Source of the DNA: Vezdaea acicularis
Taxonomy: Eukaryota
Assembly: GCA_026025075.1 (NCBI GenBank)
Contig: JAPEUI010000021.1
Location: forward strand, 1 to 64,000
Direction: 5' to 3'
Length of the DNA: 64,000 bases
Shown: positions 38,725 through 52,564 of the stretch, in pieces
Layout of the letters: each line of letters begins with the position of its first letter
Position numbering within the stretch: position 1 is the stretch's first letter
Notes under the pieces: generated by a model
Databases searched by the model: none
What the model was told of the DNA's origin: nothing
The model's input: the letters and a program-made list of their open reading frames with translations, nothing else
Position numbers and translations under genes: made by a program

Positions 38725-40606
38725 TCAATGCTTGTGATCGCCGTGATAATGGTCGAGGTGATCCAACGGGTCACCTTCTCCCGGCGGCGCGCCCATCCAG
38801 CTGTGTCTCGTCCCGTCCGCAGCTAGAGTATCGTACATGGTACCCTTCTCCTCCAGCTCCGCTGTGATGGCTTTGAGGTCAAGCCCTAGGTAATCACGGA
38901 TGAACTCGCCGATCTCGGTGTTCTCGTGGTTGCCCGTGAGCGCGGGCGAGGCGGCGCTGGTGCCGTAGATGTTGACGTCGACGGCTGGGGGAGGGGGTCA
39001 GTGAGATGCTAAGCAGACTTGGAGAGGGGGGTAGCGGGACTTACCAGAGTGGCCGTGGGTGGACCATCCGACTTGCGCTCTCCGGCTCACGATGTCGGCG
39101 AATGTGTAGGCGGCGAGGTCTGGTTGATCCACTAAGATCGCCAGCTCGTCATCCGCTAGATCGTAGATGCCGAGACCGGTTTGGATTAGTGTTTCGTTGA
39201 TATATCTCTTCAGCTCGGGTTCGGAGAAGACTTTGTTGTTCTCGTGATATTGATGAAGCTGCCCAGCCAGGTACTCGGCGGACCGGGATGCGTTGACTAG
39301 GACACCCGGATACCACAGGTACTCTGGGTAGGTGGTGTGAAGTTCTATGGAGAGTTAGCATAGGCCTTAGCTGTGATGAGCCATATAATTGAAGATACTT
39401 ACGCCGAGCTGTGGCAAGGCCGCCTGTTTCGTGATCGCTCGTGCTCACTACGACACCAGGTGTATCAGACTTGTCAAGATACGCTAAGACGCTCTCAAAG
39501 GCCTTGTCATAGGCGAGCACTTCGTGGACCTGCGCCACAGGGTCATTTGCGTGACCTGCATGATCGATACGACTTCCTTCAATCATCAAGAAGAAGCCCT
39601 TATCGCTGTCTTTTGTGGCTTCCGTCAGAGCTTCGAGCGCGGTTCTTGCCATTTCGTCCAAAGAAGGGTAGGTGTCCTCCACGAATCTCCTATCTACCTC
39701 GTAGGGAATATCTGTCTCTGCGAACAAGCCAAGAAGCGGGAGATCCACTGCCTTGCCTAGTTTTAGATCATCGAAGTCTTTGCGCGTGCTGGCATAGCTG
39801 AAGCCATTCTCCTTGGCCAGCGCAACGACATCTTTGTTGTCGGCTCGACATGAGCCTTCTATGGAGTTCGGCAGGAAATGGCAGCGTCCCCCTCCGAGTA
39901 TAAGATCGACGACGCGCCCCAGAGGGTAGTCACCAACTTCCTGCTCCGCTATGCGATCTTCCTCGCCCCGCGTATTAACGTGTGCAGCAAAGCACGCCGG
40001 CGTAGCGTCTGTTATCCGCGTTGTGACGACAAGTCCCGTCATGTAACCAGCTTTCTTCGCAGCTTCGAGAACTGTGCCACACGGCGAGTGATCGGGCAAG
40101 ACTGAGATTGCTCCATTATAAGATTTGAAGCCGCAAGAGAATGCCGTTGCACCAGCAGCCGAGTCGGTTACTAGAGACGATGATGACCTGGTCCTAGAAG
40201 AACCAATCTGATACGGGTCAAGCACCAAGATATCGTCGATGGGCAGCCCGCTTTCATGTTGCCTGAATGACCTGGTCAAGGACAAACTCGTCGGGCCCAT
40301 TCCATCAGATACCATGAAGATCAAGTTCCGCTTCCCCGTTGGTGCCTTGCCGTTGTCACTTGCCCCTCGGCCGCCCGAGCTCGTATGATGTTGATAGAGG
40401 ACAGCTATTATGATTATACCTGCTGTCGCAATCATCGCCCACATGAAGAGGCCCACCTCCCGCCAAAAGCCCCATCCATATCTTTTGACGTGATCCGGGT
40501 CTTTTCCGGTGTGCATCTCGGTGAGGAGAGCATCTTCTTCGGCGCCGGCACGCTCGTCTGAATGATCGCTGGAAGGTCGCGATGATGAAAGAAGAGGTTG
40601 CGACAT
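38725..40606 (-). CDS. PHO8: Vacuolar alkaline phosphatase (type II membrane protein); exons 40606-39403, 39344-39045, 38984-38725
   Basis: N-terminal TM helix, NLIFMVSDGMG, VTDSAAGATAF (catalytic Ser), TDATPA, IEGSRIDHAGH, SDHETGG, GWSTHGHS.VDV. Confidence 0.95.
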
Positions 40607-41084
40607 GGCGAACACGCCGCGCTGGGCGAAATCGAATACTCCAAAGCTTCCTGGAGTTTCTTGAAGGAACGGCGATGGTGTCTTTGCTGACGCTAGGTGT
40701 ACGAGAGTCTAGGACCGTAGACGCGAGATTAGCTGTCTGAGAATCTCAAAAGGCGCACGTCATAAACGGCGTTTGCTGATTGGCCAAAGGGCTGCACTTC
40801 TTACATCTGCGCACCCTTCGAAGGCAAACCCCTTTCCATTAGTTGTTTCAAGGGATCCTAGTACTACATGTCTTCTTGTACTTTCATGCTTAAATAAAAG
40901 CGGGTTCTAATTCTTAGAATAACCAAGTTCATACGTGGTACACCTGTTTACAAAAGGCCGACGACATTGCGGGCGGCCCCCAATATGTGTGTCTGTACTC
41001 AATCATATTGACTTATGTTACAACTGAAGTAATATATAATGTTCAGAAGCTATTGAAGGGAGTTAACCTCTCGGTAGCAGCGCT

Positions 41085-41865
41085 CTATGGCCGGTCCTTC
41101 CAGCCAAGGTGCACGAGCGCAGCAGCTACACTTCCTATCCCTCGCTCAGTTGCGAGGAGGTTGTATTGTGCCGCTGCGTTCCTCGTGTCTTGGATCTCAA
41201 TCCTAATCCCAAGAGAATTTATGTAGTTTCTGGTATCTGGTGAGATGGGTCTCATCGTCGAACCCAATCCTAAGATGAGCAGATCTGAAGGCAGGCTAAT
41301 TAGTAAAATATTCAGAGTGGAATGAATCTGGATTTTGAGATGCGAAAATCCCCATACCTGGTTTTGGCCATACTAAGTCTAGTACTCCCCATGCCTCATT
41401 TCCACATTCCCATTGACCCTTCTTATTTACAAGCTTCCCACCTCTGCCCTCCCATGGTCGCCAGGAGAACGCTTCTCCTCCAACTAATAGACATCCGCTT
41501 CCTCCAGCTATTCTTTGACCGCTGTTAAGCAAAAAACCATCATGATGGCATGCATCAATAGCCGTAGTTGGCGCAGGCGAGTTGCCTAGAACATTGAGAG
41601 AGCCGAAGTCTGTCTGGGTATCTTCCTCAGATATCGGGCCACGGTCCGTATTCGAGGGCGGTCTCGAAGGTGTAAGATGCCGTCTTGAAGTGTGAATGGA
41701 ACATTCAGAGATTCGACGTGAGGGGAATCTCTTCTGCTGCCGTAGGGATGAAAGTTTTATGGCCCTAACATTCGATACCGCCCGTGCGTGCCGCGCTCCA
41801 GAAGGTGAAGCCAACATGGCCCATCGGCGAAGCGCACATGATAAGTTTTGATTTACAGAACTCAT
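41085..41865 (-). CDS. NDUFAF3: NDUFAF3/Mth938-domain mitochondrial complex I assembly factor; exons 41865-41358, 41284-41085 (start uncertain)
   Basis: Arg-rich presequence, PKPDLLILGLG (across intron), IEIQDTRNAAAQYNLLATERG..VAAAL. Confidence 0.88.
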
Positions 41866-42425
41866 AATGAGAGAAGAGGCATCGTACTCTGACCTCGTAC
41901 CCGACAGGACTTCTTTGGGAACGGTGTGAGCATGTCGAGGTCAAGATATTGAATCGCTGGATTTCAAGTTCGTCTAGGCGAGTTTTCGTCATGAAGTTCG
42001 GCGAGTCGGCCGAAGTACCGGACGAACTTATAGCGTCAGCACATTGTCAACATCAAAGTAGTTTAAACGTTTTGTGGTTTTTGCAGTGCTGAGTTTTGAA
42101 TCGTCATCGATATTGAGGTTTCGGCCTCATATCTTGGCATGGACATATTTCGCGTTAGTTCATACTCTCAGTGGAATAAGGCATTCGTTCTAGATTTGGG
42201 TAGTGACTTCAGACAGGATAACATGATCACCCCCTTAGCGTAATTAGATGCATTTGATGCGCATAGCAATCCATCTCGTAGTTGAGTTCTGGAATGTATA
42301 CAATTGGTTTCCTGAGCTGCTAGCTAATTCTAGCTTTCGCGAACATTAGTTCACCCCAGCATCGAAAAGATATGCAACGCCGCAAATGTATCCCGTAAGG
42401 GTACCCAGTCCGCCATCCCCTTCCT

Positions 42426-43088
42426 CTAACGCTTCTTTTGTTGTGATTCCTTGAGCACCTTCTTAACGATCTTCTGCTCCTCGATCAAGAACGCCCGAAC
42501 CACCCGATCCTTTACGCAATTGGCACATCTTGAGCCGCCATATGCACGCTGAACTGTCTTCTTTGGTCGGGAAATGGTAGAGTATTCTCGAGGCCGTAAA
42601 GCAGGTATCTATTTTAGGCTCGATTAGCAAGATGGTTCCTGTGGTGGCACGCTTGAAGCTTAGGCGTGTGGGCCGTCCTTCTAAAGCTTAATGAACAACC
42701 GATAACGCGAATCGCAGTTGTACGGGCGTTTCGTTGTTGAAAGAAAAGAGAGGAATCTTACTCCTGGAAGTTTGATGCCACAATCACCGCATTTGGGTGG
42801 TGTTCCCTTCTTTTTGATATGCAGGTACCGTAGCTTGCCGCCTGGTGTCTTGATTATGCGGACTTTGTTCGAGCGTGTGTTATAGCTATAAGAGATATTG
42901 GTAAGCTGAAGAATAGGAAGGCAATCCTTTTGCATGAAGTAAAGGAATCTGGTGCAGAGTTGCTTTGCCGGTGATATATTGAAAGACTTACGGATTCCTT
43001 CGTCGCTATTTTAAAAAAGATGATGTTAGTATATCAAATTTCTGGAACTTTAGCATCTACGCACGTATGTCAATCTGGTCGAAGCCAT
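42426..43088 (-). CDS. RPL34: 60S ribosomal protein L34 (eL34); 4 exons including a 14-nt micro-exon
   Basis: [76 protein letters not shown]. Confidence 0.95.
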
Positions 43089-43522
43089 TATTATTTCGAC
43101 AAGGCAAAGTTGGATGAGACCTTAATGCGAAAACGCTCGTGAACTGCTGGCCCTTCAAGAATTCTGAATTATCTCAAGGCGTGTGTGAACTCGGGTCTCT
43201 GCCCTCGGCTGTTAAGTCACGTGAAGCAAGGATGGATCGGCTCTAAAGCTCAATGTGGTAACGCTCGAGAAATTCGCGAAGCTGGAGGTAAACTCTTGCC
43301 ACAGTCTATCGCCATTCTTCGCGTCACCTTTCACATTTGTGAATCCTTGTGTAGGACCCTTTCCCGTATCCTATCAGAGTGCAGTACGAGTTTCATGGTT
43401 GTCCGGTAGACTTCCATACTTCCTGGCTCCTGTTCAGGTGGACCAGGACTCTCCTCGTTCGGTTTTACCTGGAGCTGGTCGTTGCCCTTGACCTGGCAGG
43501 TACTCTTACTAGAGAACCCACG
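43089..43522. promoter_or_regulatory. Divergent RPL34/PRP8 promoter region with GTCACGTGA (bHLH/Cbf1-type E-box)
   Basis: Head-to-head starts 434 bp apart; gtcacgtga at 43216-43224. The same TCACGTG core occurs at 18992-18998 and 33078-33084, just upstream of other start codons. Confidence 0.5.
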
Positions 43523-46500
43523 ATGTCTTCACTACCCCCACCGCCTCCTCCGGGCTGGGCATCTTCTAATCATTCGATGCCTCTTGCGCCGCCGCCACCA
43601 GGCTATCAGCCGCCTTCAGATCCTCAGGTAGCGAAGTTCGCGAGGAAGAAGAAAGAATGGCTAAGGTCACAGAGGAATCGGTTCAGCGAGAAACGGAAGG
43701 GAGGCTTTGTGGAAACTCAGAAGGCCGACATGCCACCAGAACATCTACGAAAGATAGTCAAGGATATCGGTGACGTCTCGCAAAAAAAGTTTAGCAGCGA
43801 TAAGCGCAGTTATCTGGGAGCACTCAAGTTCATGCCTCATGCTGTACTGAAATTGCTCGAGAACATGCCCATGCCCTGGGAGTCAGCTCGAGAAGTCAAA
43901 GTGCTGTATCATGTAAACGGGTGTTTGACTCTGGTCAATGAAATACCACGGGTCATCGAACCAGTCTTCCATGCGCAGTGGGCCACTATGTGGCTGGTCA
44001 TGAGGCGGGAGAAGAGCGATCGACGACATTTTAAGAGGATGAGATTCCCTCCATTTGACGATGAAGAGCCCCCCCTTTCATGGTCAGAGAATATTGAGGA
44101 TGTGGAGCCACTCGAACCGATCCAGATGGAGCTAGACGAGATGGAGGATGGGCCTGTTATTGACTGGTTTTACGAACACAGGGCGCTCTTGGATACGTCA
44201 CACGTCAATGGACCAAGCTACAAGACATGGAACTTGTCTCTTCCTCAGATGGCAACATTGTATCGTCTGAGTCATCCGCTCCTCAGTGACCTTGTTGATA
44301 AGAACTATTTTCACATGTTCGACCTCGACAGCTTCCTTACGGCGAAAGCGCTGAATGTTGCTATTCCTGGTGGCCCTCGGTTTGAGCCTCTCTATAAGGA
44401 TATTGACCCTAACGACGAGGACTTTGGTGAATTCAATGCTATCGACCGCATAATATTCCGGGCTCCCATTCGCACTGAATATCGTGTCGCCTACCCGTAT
44501 CTCTACAACTCACTACCACGAAGTGTGAAACTATCGTGGTACTCGTATCCCCAGATCGTGTACGTACGAGCTGATAACCCGAGTCTGCCAGCGTTCTATT
44601 TTGACCCTGTCATCAATCCCATAACGTCAAGGGCCGTTGCCCCCAAAAACATTACTGTCAGTCATGAAGATGAAATATTCGGATATGGGAACAACGAAGA
44701 CGAAGACTTCGAGCTTCCTCTAGAAGCTGAGCCTTTCATGGGCGATCAAGAGCTATTTACAAGTGAAACATCATCTGCGATTGCACTTTGGTGGGCTCCA
44801 TACCCCTTCGATCGCCGTTCTGGGAAAATGGTTCGTGCGCAAGACGTACCGTTAGTAAAACAATGGTACCTAGAGCATTGCCCTCAGAAGCAGCCTGTAA
44901 AGGTCCGCGTGTCATACCAGAAGCTTCTAAAAACCTACGTGCTTAATGAGCTGCATAAGAAGAAGCCAAAAGCACAGAACAAACAAGATCTTATGAAGTC
45001 ACTAAAAGCTACCAAGTTTTTTCAACAGACGACCATTGATTGGGTTGAAGCTGGTCTTCAAGTATGTCGGCAAGGTTTTAACATGTTAAATTTGCTCATC
45101 CACCGAAAGAATCTGACATATCTCCATCTCGATTACAATTTCAACTTAAAGCCAGTGAAAACTCTCACAACGAAAGAGCGCAAGAAGTCTAGATTTGGAA
45201 ACGCATTCCATCTGATGCGGGAGATACTTCGACTCACAAAACTCATTGTCGATGCTCAAGTGCAATACCGTCTTGGCAACATCGATGCTTTTCAGTTAGC
45301 TGACGGTATCCTGTACGCTTTCAACCATGTCGGCCAATTGACTGGTATGTATCGATACAAGTATAAATTGATGCACCAAATCAGGTCTTGCAAAGATCTC
45401 AAGCATCTCATCTACTATAGATTCAATTCTGGGCCTGTTGGCAAAGGACCTGGCTGTGGTTTCTGGGCGCCTGCTTGGCGAGTCTGGCTCTTCTTTATGA
45501 GGGGTATAATTCCACTACTTGAAAGATGGCTAGGAAATCTCCTCTCAAGGCAGTTTGAAGGCCGACACAGTAAGGGCGTTGCCAAGACAGTGACGAAACA
45601 GAGAGTCGAATCACATTTTGACCTGGAGCTACGGGCTTCCGTGATGGCTGATCTAATGGATATGATGCCCGAGGGAATCAAACAGAACAAGGTCAATACC
45701 GTTCTTCAGCATCTGTCTGAAGCTTGGAGATGCTGGAAAAGTAATATCCCATGGAAGGTGCCTGGCTTGCCTGCGCCCATTGAGAATATTATCCTGCGAT
45801 ATGTCAAGAGCAAAGCAGACTGGTGGATCTCTGTTGCCCATTATAACCGGGAGCGAATTAGAAGAGGAGCAACTGTCGACAAGACAGTCGCGAAGAAGAA
45901 CTTGGGAAGGCTCACACGACTGTGGTTGAAAGCCGAACAGGAACGACAACACAACTACATGAAAGACGGGCCTTACGTCTCATCAGAAGAAGCTGTAGCA
46001 ATTTATACGACGACTGTCCATTGGCTCGAATCGCGGAAGTACCAACCCATTCCTTTCCCTAGTGTATCATATAAGCATGATACTAAAATCCTGATTCTTG
46101 CGCTTGAGCGCCTACGGGAAGCATATTCAGTCAAAGGCAGACTGAATCAGAGCCAGCGTGAAGAATTAGCGCTTATTGAGCAGGCTTACGACTCTCCGGG
46201 CACTACACTAGCACGGATCAAACGTTTTCTACTCACTCAACGTGCGTTCAAGGAGGTGGGGATCGATATGAACGACAATTATAGTAACATCAACCCTGTG
46301 TATGACATCGAGCCAATCGAGAAGATCACCGATGCATATCTTGATCAGTACCTATGGTACCAAGCTGATACTCGCCATCTCTTTCCGGCGTGGATCAAAC
46401 CTTCCGACTCCGAGGTCCCCCCACTATTGACCTATAAATGGGCTCAAGGCATCAACAACCTTTCCAAAGTTTGGGAGACTGCTGATGGAGAGTGTAATGT

Positions 46501-49500
46501 AATGATTGAGACACAACTATCTAAGGTTTACGAAAAGATCGATCTGACTCTGCTCAATCGACTCCTACGGTTGATCATGGACCATAATCTGGCAGACTAC
46601 ATTACGTCGAAGAACAACGTGCAGCTCAACTATAAGGACATGAACCACACCAATAGCTATGGTATGATACGTGGCTTACAATTCTCAGGATTTGTTTTCC
46701 AATTCTACGGCCTCGTTATAGATCTTCTACTACTCGGTCTCCAACGAGCAAGTGAAATTGCCGGGCCACCTCAGAGTCCGAACGACTTCTTGCAATTCCG
46801 AGATCGACAGGCCGAGACCGGTCATCCCATCCGGCTTTACACAAGATATATTGACCGTATCTGGGTGTTCTTCAGATTCACCGCGGACGAGTCTCGGGAC
46901 TTGATCCAACGTTTCTTAACGGAGCAGCCAGATCCAAACTTTGAGAACGTTATTGGGTACCGCAACAAGAAATGCTGGCCAAGAGACTCGCGGATGAGGC
47001 TGATGAGGCACGATGTGAATCTTGGGCGTGCTGTCTTTTGGGATATGAAGAATCGTTTACCTAGATCTGTGACGACGATCGAGTGGGATGACACCTTTGC
47101 TTCTGTCTACAGCAGAGATAACCCGAATCTTCTATTCTCCATGTGCGGCTTTGAGGTCAGGATTCTCCCCAAGTCACGGAACCTCAACGATGAATTTCCA
47201 GTCAAAGATAGTGTCTGGTCGTTGGTGGACAATACCTCCAAAGAGCGCACTGCTCATGCCTTCCTTCAAGTCACCGAGGAGGATATCCAGAAATTTAATA
47301 ATCGTATCCGACAAATTCTCATGTCCTCTGGATCGACGACCTTCACCAAGATTGCCAATAAGTGGAATACAAGTCTGATTGCCTTGTTCACTTATTATCG
47401 AGAAGCGGCTGTATCTACCATCAACCTCCTTGACACCATTGTCAAATGCGAGACAAAGATCCAGACTAGAGTCAAGATTGGGCTGAACTCTAAAATGCCG
47501 TCAAGATTTCCTCCGGCAGTCTTCTACACACCGAAAGAACTGGGTGGCTTGGGCATGATTTCCGGGTCCCATATTCTCATCCCAACGAGCGACAAGCGAT
47601 GGTCGAAGCAGACTGACCTTGGTGTCACGCATTATCGATCCGGCATGACACACGATGAGGAGACTCTCATTCCTAATATTTTCCGTTACATAATTCCCTG
47701 GGAAGCTGAATTCATTGACTCGCAGAGAGTCTGGACTGAGTACTCGCAAAAGCGTCAAGAGGCGAATCAACAGAATCGGCGTCTGACCTTAGAGGACCTC
47801 GAGGATAGCTGGGATCGTGGTCTACCACGTATAAACACACTGTTCCAGAAGGACAGGAGCACACTCAGTTTTGATAAAGGTTTTAGAGCAAGAACGGAGT
47901 TCAAGACATATCAATTGATGAAGAGCAATCCGTTCTGGTGGACAAGTCAGCGGCACGATGGAAAGCTTTGGAACCTCAACGCGTATAGAACGGATGTAAT
48001 CCAGGCGCTTGGGGGTGTGGAAACCATCCTAGAGCATACCCTGTTCAAGGCAACGGCATTCCCTTCATGGGAAGGTCTCTTCTGGGAGAAAGCATCCGGG
48101 TTCGAAGAGTCAATGAAGTTCAAGAAACTCACTAATGCTCAGCGCTCTGGTTTGAACCAGATTCCGAATCGAAGGTTTACGCTATGGTGGTCGCCCACGA
48201 TCAACCGGGCTAACGTTTACGTCGGTTTCCAAGTCCAGCTTGATCTGACGGGAATATTCTTGCATGGAAAGATTCCAACCCTCAAAATATCTCTAATTCA
48301 GATATTCCGAGCTCATTTATGGCAAAAGATACACGAATCTGTCGTTATGGATTTGTGTCAAGTCTTTGACCAGGAGCTTGACACGTTGGGTATTGAGACG
48401 GTTCAAAAGGAGACTATTCATCCCCGGAAGTCTTACAAAATGAACAGCTCCTGCGCGGATATTCTTCTCTTCGCAAGTCATAAGTGGAACGTCACCAGAC
48501 CGACACCTTTGTTTGACACTAAAGATGTCATCGAAGCTACCAACACCAACAAGTTCTGGATAGACGTACAGCTCAGATACGGCGATTATGATTCTCATGA
48601 CATAGAGCGATATGTCCGGGCTAAATATCTCGACTATACGACTGATAGCATGAGTATCTACCCTTCTCCGACTGGTTTGATGATTGGGATCGATCTTGCC
48701 TACAATCTTTACTCTGCGTATGGACAATATTTCCCAGGGCTAAAGACTCTCATCCAACAAGCCATGGCGAAGATCATGAAGGCCAATCCAGCATTGTATG
48801 TGCTGCGAGAACGTATTCGAAAAGGTCTGCAGCTGTATGCTTCTGAGAGCAATCAAGAGTTTTTAAATTCTCAAAATTACTCTGAGCTTTTCAGTAACCA
48901 GATCCAACTATTCATCGACGACACAAACGTGTATCGTGTCACGATTCACAAGACGTTCGAAGGAAACTTGACTACGAAGCCTATCAACGGCGCAATCTTT
49001 ATTTTCAACCCACGCACTGGTCAGTTGTTCCTGAAGATCATTCACACAAGCGTATGGGCGGGCCAGAAACGTCTTGGTCAGCTTGCGAAGTGGAAGACCG
49101 CTGAAGAGGTTGCCGCGCTCATTCGATCGTTACCTGTTGAAGAACAGCCAAAGCAGTTAATCGTCACTAGAAAGGGTCTGCTCGACCCCTTGGAAGTCCA
49201 TTTGCTTGATTTCCCCAACATCTCTATTCGAGCATCGGAACTGCAACTGCCATTCCAAGCTGCTATGAAGGTCGAAAAACTTGCCGACATGATCCTTCGC
49301 GCCACTGAGCCACAAATGGTGCTGTTCAATCTTTACGATGAATGGTTGAAGTCGATCTCGTCGTACACGGCTTTCTCTCGCTTGATCTTAATTCTTCGTG
49401 CTTTGCATGTTAATCAAGACAAGACAAAACTACTCTTGCGGCCCGACAAGACTGTGATTACCTCGGAGCATCATATTTGGCCCACGCTGTCTGACGAAGA

Positions 49501-50657
49501 CTGGATCAAAGTGGAAGTGCAACTGAGGGATCTGATTCTGAACGATTATGGGAAGAAGAATAATGTGAATACCTCAAGTTTAACGAGCAGCGAAGTGCGA
49601 GACATCATTCTTGGTATGGAAATCAGCGCACCTTCTATGCAGCGTCAACAGGCTGCCGAGATTGAGAAGCAGCAACAGGAGCAACAGCAATTGACAGCAG
49701 TGACGACGAAAACACAGAACGCCCTTGGCGAAGATATAATTGTGACTACGACGTCTCAGTTCGAACAGCAGTCTTTTGCATCGAAGACTGAATGGCGGAC
49801 TCGGGCTATTGCGACATCCAATTTGCGGACTCGAGCGAATAACATCTATATCTCTTCAGATGACATTCGTGATGACGCTGGACACTACACCTATATCATG
49901 CCTAAGAATATTCTCAAGCGCTTCATCACAATTGCCGATCTTCGCGTCCAAGTTGCTGCCTATCTCTATGGCTCTTCTCCAGAGGATAATGATCAAGTCA
50001 AAGAAATACGCGCGGTCGTGATGATCCCTCAAGTTGGGAGCACTCGTGATATTCAGCTACCACATCAACTACCCCAGCATGAATATCTCTCTAAGATGGA
50101 GCCACTTGGTATCATTCACACTGTGTCTGGAAACGAATTATCCTATATGACTGCGATGGACGTCACACAGCATGCCCGTCTTATGAATGCGCACTCCTCC
50201 TGGGATAAGAAAACTGTCACTATGACTGTCTCCTTCACACCTGGTTCCGTCTCGCTTGCTGCCTGGGCATTGACGCCGCAGGGCTACAAGTGGGGAGCCG
50301 AGAACAAAGATATCAACTCAGACCAACCCCAAGGATTTAGCACTGCTATGGGTGAGAAGGCTCAATTACTACTCAGTGACAAGATTAGGGGCTACTTTTT
50401 GGTACCAGAGCAAAATGTCTGGAATTATAGCTTTATGGGCAGCGCATTTGGAAGTGTAGAAAAAAGACCCGTGAGGGTAAAGATCGACACACCTTTGGTA
50501 TGTTTTACCTCCATTCAACTTATGATGCTACTCAGGAGACTGCATGTACTGATATATTCTATAGCCATTTTACAGCGAACAGCATCGCCCTCTGCATTTT
50601 ACAAATTTCGCGGAACTCGAGGATATTTGGGTGGATAGGTCGGATAACTTTGCATAA
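43523..50657 (+). CDS. PRP8: Pre-mRNA splicing factor Prp8 (U5 snRNP), intein-free; exons 43523-50497, 50565-50657
   Basis: ~2355-aa highly conserved sequence ([30 protein letters not shown], RNaseH-like and Jab1/MPN regions); single 3' intron GTATGT..CTGAT..TAG. Confidence 0.99.
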
Positions 50658-51021
50658 GCACGCTTTACGGGGACAGCGCAGGACGCATCATAATACAGAA
50701 AAATCATCAACCAGGCGTTTGGGAATATTTCGATGTTCTGTATTACTCGCTTGTCTTATATAACTGCGTTTACACGCGCACCGTGTATGGTCTCGCTTGT
50801 CCATGTATTTTAGAAGCTTCACAAGTTGAGATTGATGAAAGTTGTGAATATAAAGCTTCTCAAAGGCAGAAAATCATGGCATAGGGGTCAAGTGGTAGCT
50901 CGTACTGTTTTGAGATATGATTGGCACCGCTGCCGTTGCTAATATACAAACGCATCCCTTGTAAGGTCCCATGAGTGCTGTACCTTCTCAGCGACCAAAG
51001 AAACCAACTACACATCGAGCA

Positions 51022-51893
51022 CTATCTATATTCAGGACGGACGTAGTCGGCAAACGTTTTGGGCTCCTCGTAGTTATGATGGCCATCGGCATCTAAAGTT
51101 TTATAAGCATTGCTTCAATGGTTTCGCATGATCACATCTGTAAGTAGACTTACGGCCATGGTCATGGGCATGAGGATCATCTTGCGGTCCAACGTATTCC
51201 ATCTTGAGGACGTTGCCACACTCTGGACAGCGTTCGACAGGGCGGTCTCGGGACATCTGCTCCTTTGTTAGACTTTCCCCAACCTATCTGACAAAGTAGG
51301 ATATACCGTAAGCCAGATGGTAACGTGTGAATCGGCCGGATAGCCAGTGCAGCCCGCGTATTGCTCGTCGCCAAAGGATTTGACTACAATTGGATTATCG
51401 AGGGTACCTGTGTGAGGCGTTCAGTGTCCTCTCTTGTCGGTTCGCTATCGCCATGGAGGCCTACCTTTGCGAGATGCATCGAGAGGCTTCATGTCGAAGA
51501 TGTCGACTCCCTGCATTTTACCTAGGATCTCGAGTCGTTCCAGACCCGTTGATTGTTCGAGATCAGTGGGTACGGTGCCGACGGGTGCGCCGGGCGGGAT
51601 GAGGTCGTGTTCATTTTGGATCTCTATCCTCGGACCAATGATCAGCCATTGAGCTCTAACGTAACGTCCAGAGAGATAAGAATAGGGTTGGTATGGCATA
51701 CCCTCGAACTTCTTGATCTTTAGATCCGCTGAAGGCTTTTCGACATCTCCTGTTGCGTGAGTTAGCTTCCGTGTGAAGCACAGGCCATTGAGGGATTCTC
51801 ACGCCTTATGAAAGAGGAGGTGAAGCTGCGTCTGGGCACGGGAGAGGCAGCAGCTCGCCGTGCGAGAGAAGTTGCAGTGCGTCGAAGAAACAT
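51022..51893 (-). CDS. COX4: Cytochrome c oxidase subunit IV (Cox5b family); 6 exons
   Basis: Presequence MFLRRTATSLARR, GTVPTDLEQSTGLERLEILGK, GTLDNPI.V, GCTGYPADSH, RCPECGNV; five GT-AG introns in frame. Confidence 0.95.
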
Positions 51894-51934
51894 TGAGGGT
51901 AGGTTGAGATGGGAGTCACGATGGTCGCAGCTTG

Positions 51935-52035
51935 ATTGGGATACATGAGCTTATTTTGCAAGATTGCTTAGTCAGCATCCGAACTTCCATGTCATACGCT
52001 CCTGCCCCCTTCCACATGCAAACTTATAATATTGG
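51935..52035 (-). promoter_or_regulatory. Candidate CCAAT (Hap/CBC) boxes and a bZIP-type TGACTAA site upstream of COX4
   Basis: ATTGG at 51935-51939 and 52031-52035; TTAGTCA at 51968-51974. CCAAT-binding complexes are established regulators of fungal respiratory genes; occupancy here is not shown. Confidence 0.35.
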
Positions 52036-52144
52036 CCTTTAATGCCGGGAGTCTACGAAAGCATCATCGCAGCCTGCTCATTATATCTCCACAGCTGCTT
52101 CAGGCTTGAGTGACTCTGTTGGTGCGCTTTACAACTCTAGAAAC

Positions 52145-52409
52145 GAGCCAGAAATTCCCAACTGTCTGGGTTCTGTAGCCTTTCTATCGGACCTGTCGAG
52201 ACTACATCGATGACCTCGATGAATTGCAATTTACTTCTCAATTTGTTTTAGTCAGTCGCGTCAGGATGAATGAAGAAAGAGCCAGAAATTACAGAATGCC
52301 CTGGCCTCCTCACTGGACCTGCCAATATTATGTCGATGACCTCGATGGATTGTAGCTTCCTTCTCAGTTTCCTTTAGTCGTTTTCGTCAGGATGAATGAA
52401 GAAAGAGCC
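52145..52409 (+). pseudogene. Degenerate ~126-bp tandem duplication, probable relic coding repeat
   Basis: Exact repeats cgtcaggatgaatgaagaaagagcc (52259/52385) and tcgatgacctcgatg (52207/52333) at 126-bp period; + frame reads as a 42-aa repeat with two TAG stops. The repeat is directly visible; the pseudogene reading is inference. Confidence 0.55.
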
Positions 52410-52564
52410 CTCCGTTCTGTTTCAATGGTGCTTAGATCTCTGGGTTTGCGAGTCCTCTATCCTTCACATATTGTACCCATCCCTAACAGCCCGCATTCGC
52501 TACGCTACTAAAAACATTATTACCCCCTGAATACATTCAAGCCTTGTTATATTAAGTACCCACC

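Noticed and set aside
43379..43522. 48-codon in-frame N-terminal extension of PRP8 in the ORF track
   Set aside because: Begins at GTG; typical Pro-rich Prp8 N-terminus starts at ATG 43523; region may contain a 5' UTR intron (GTACGA 43384..CTTGAC..CAG 43499).
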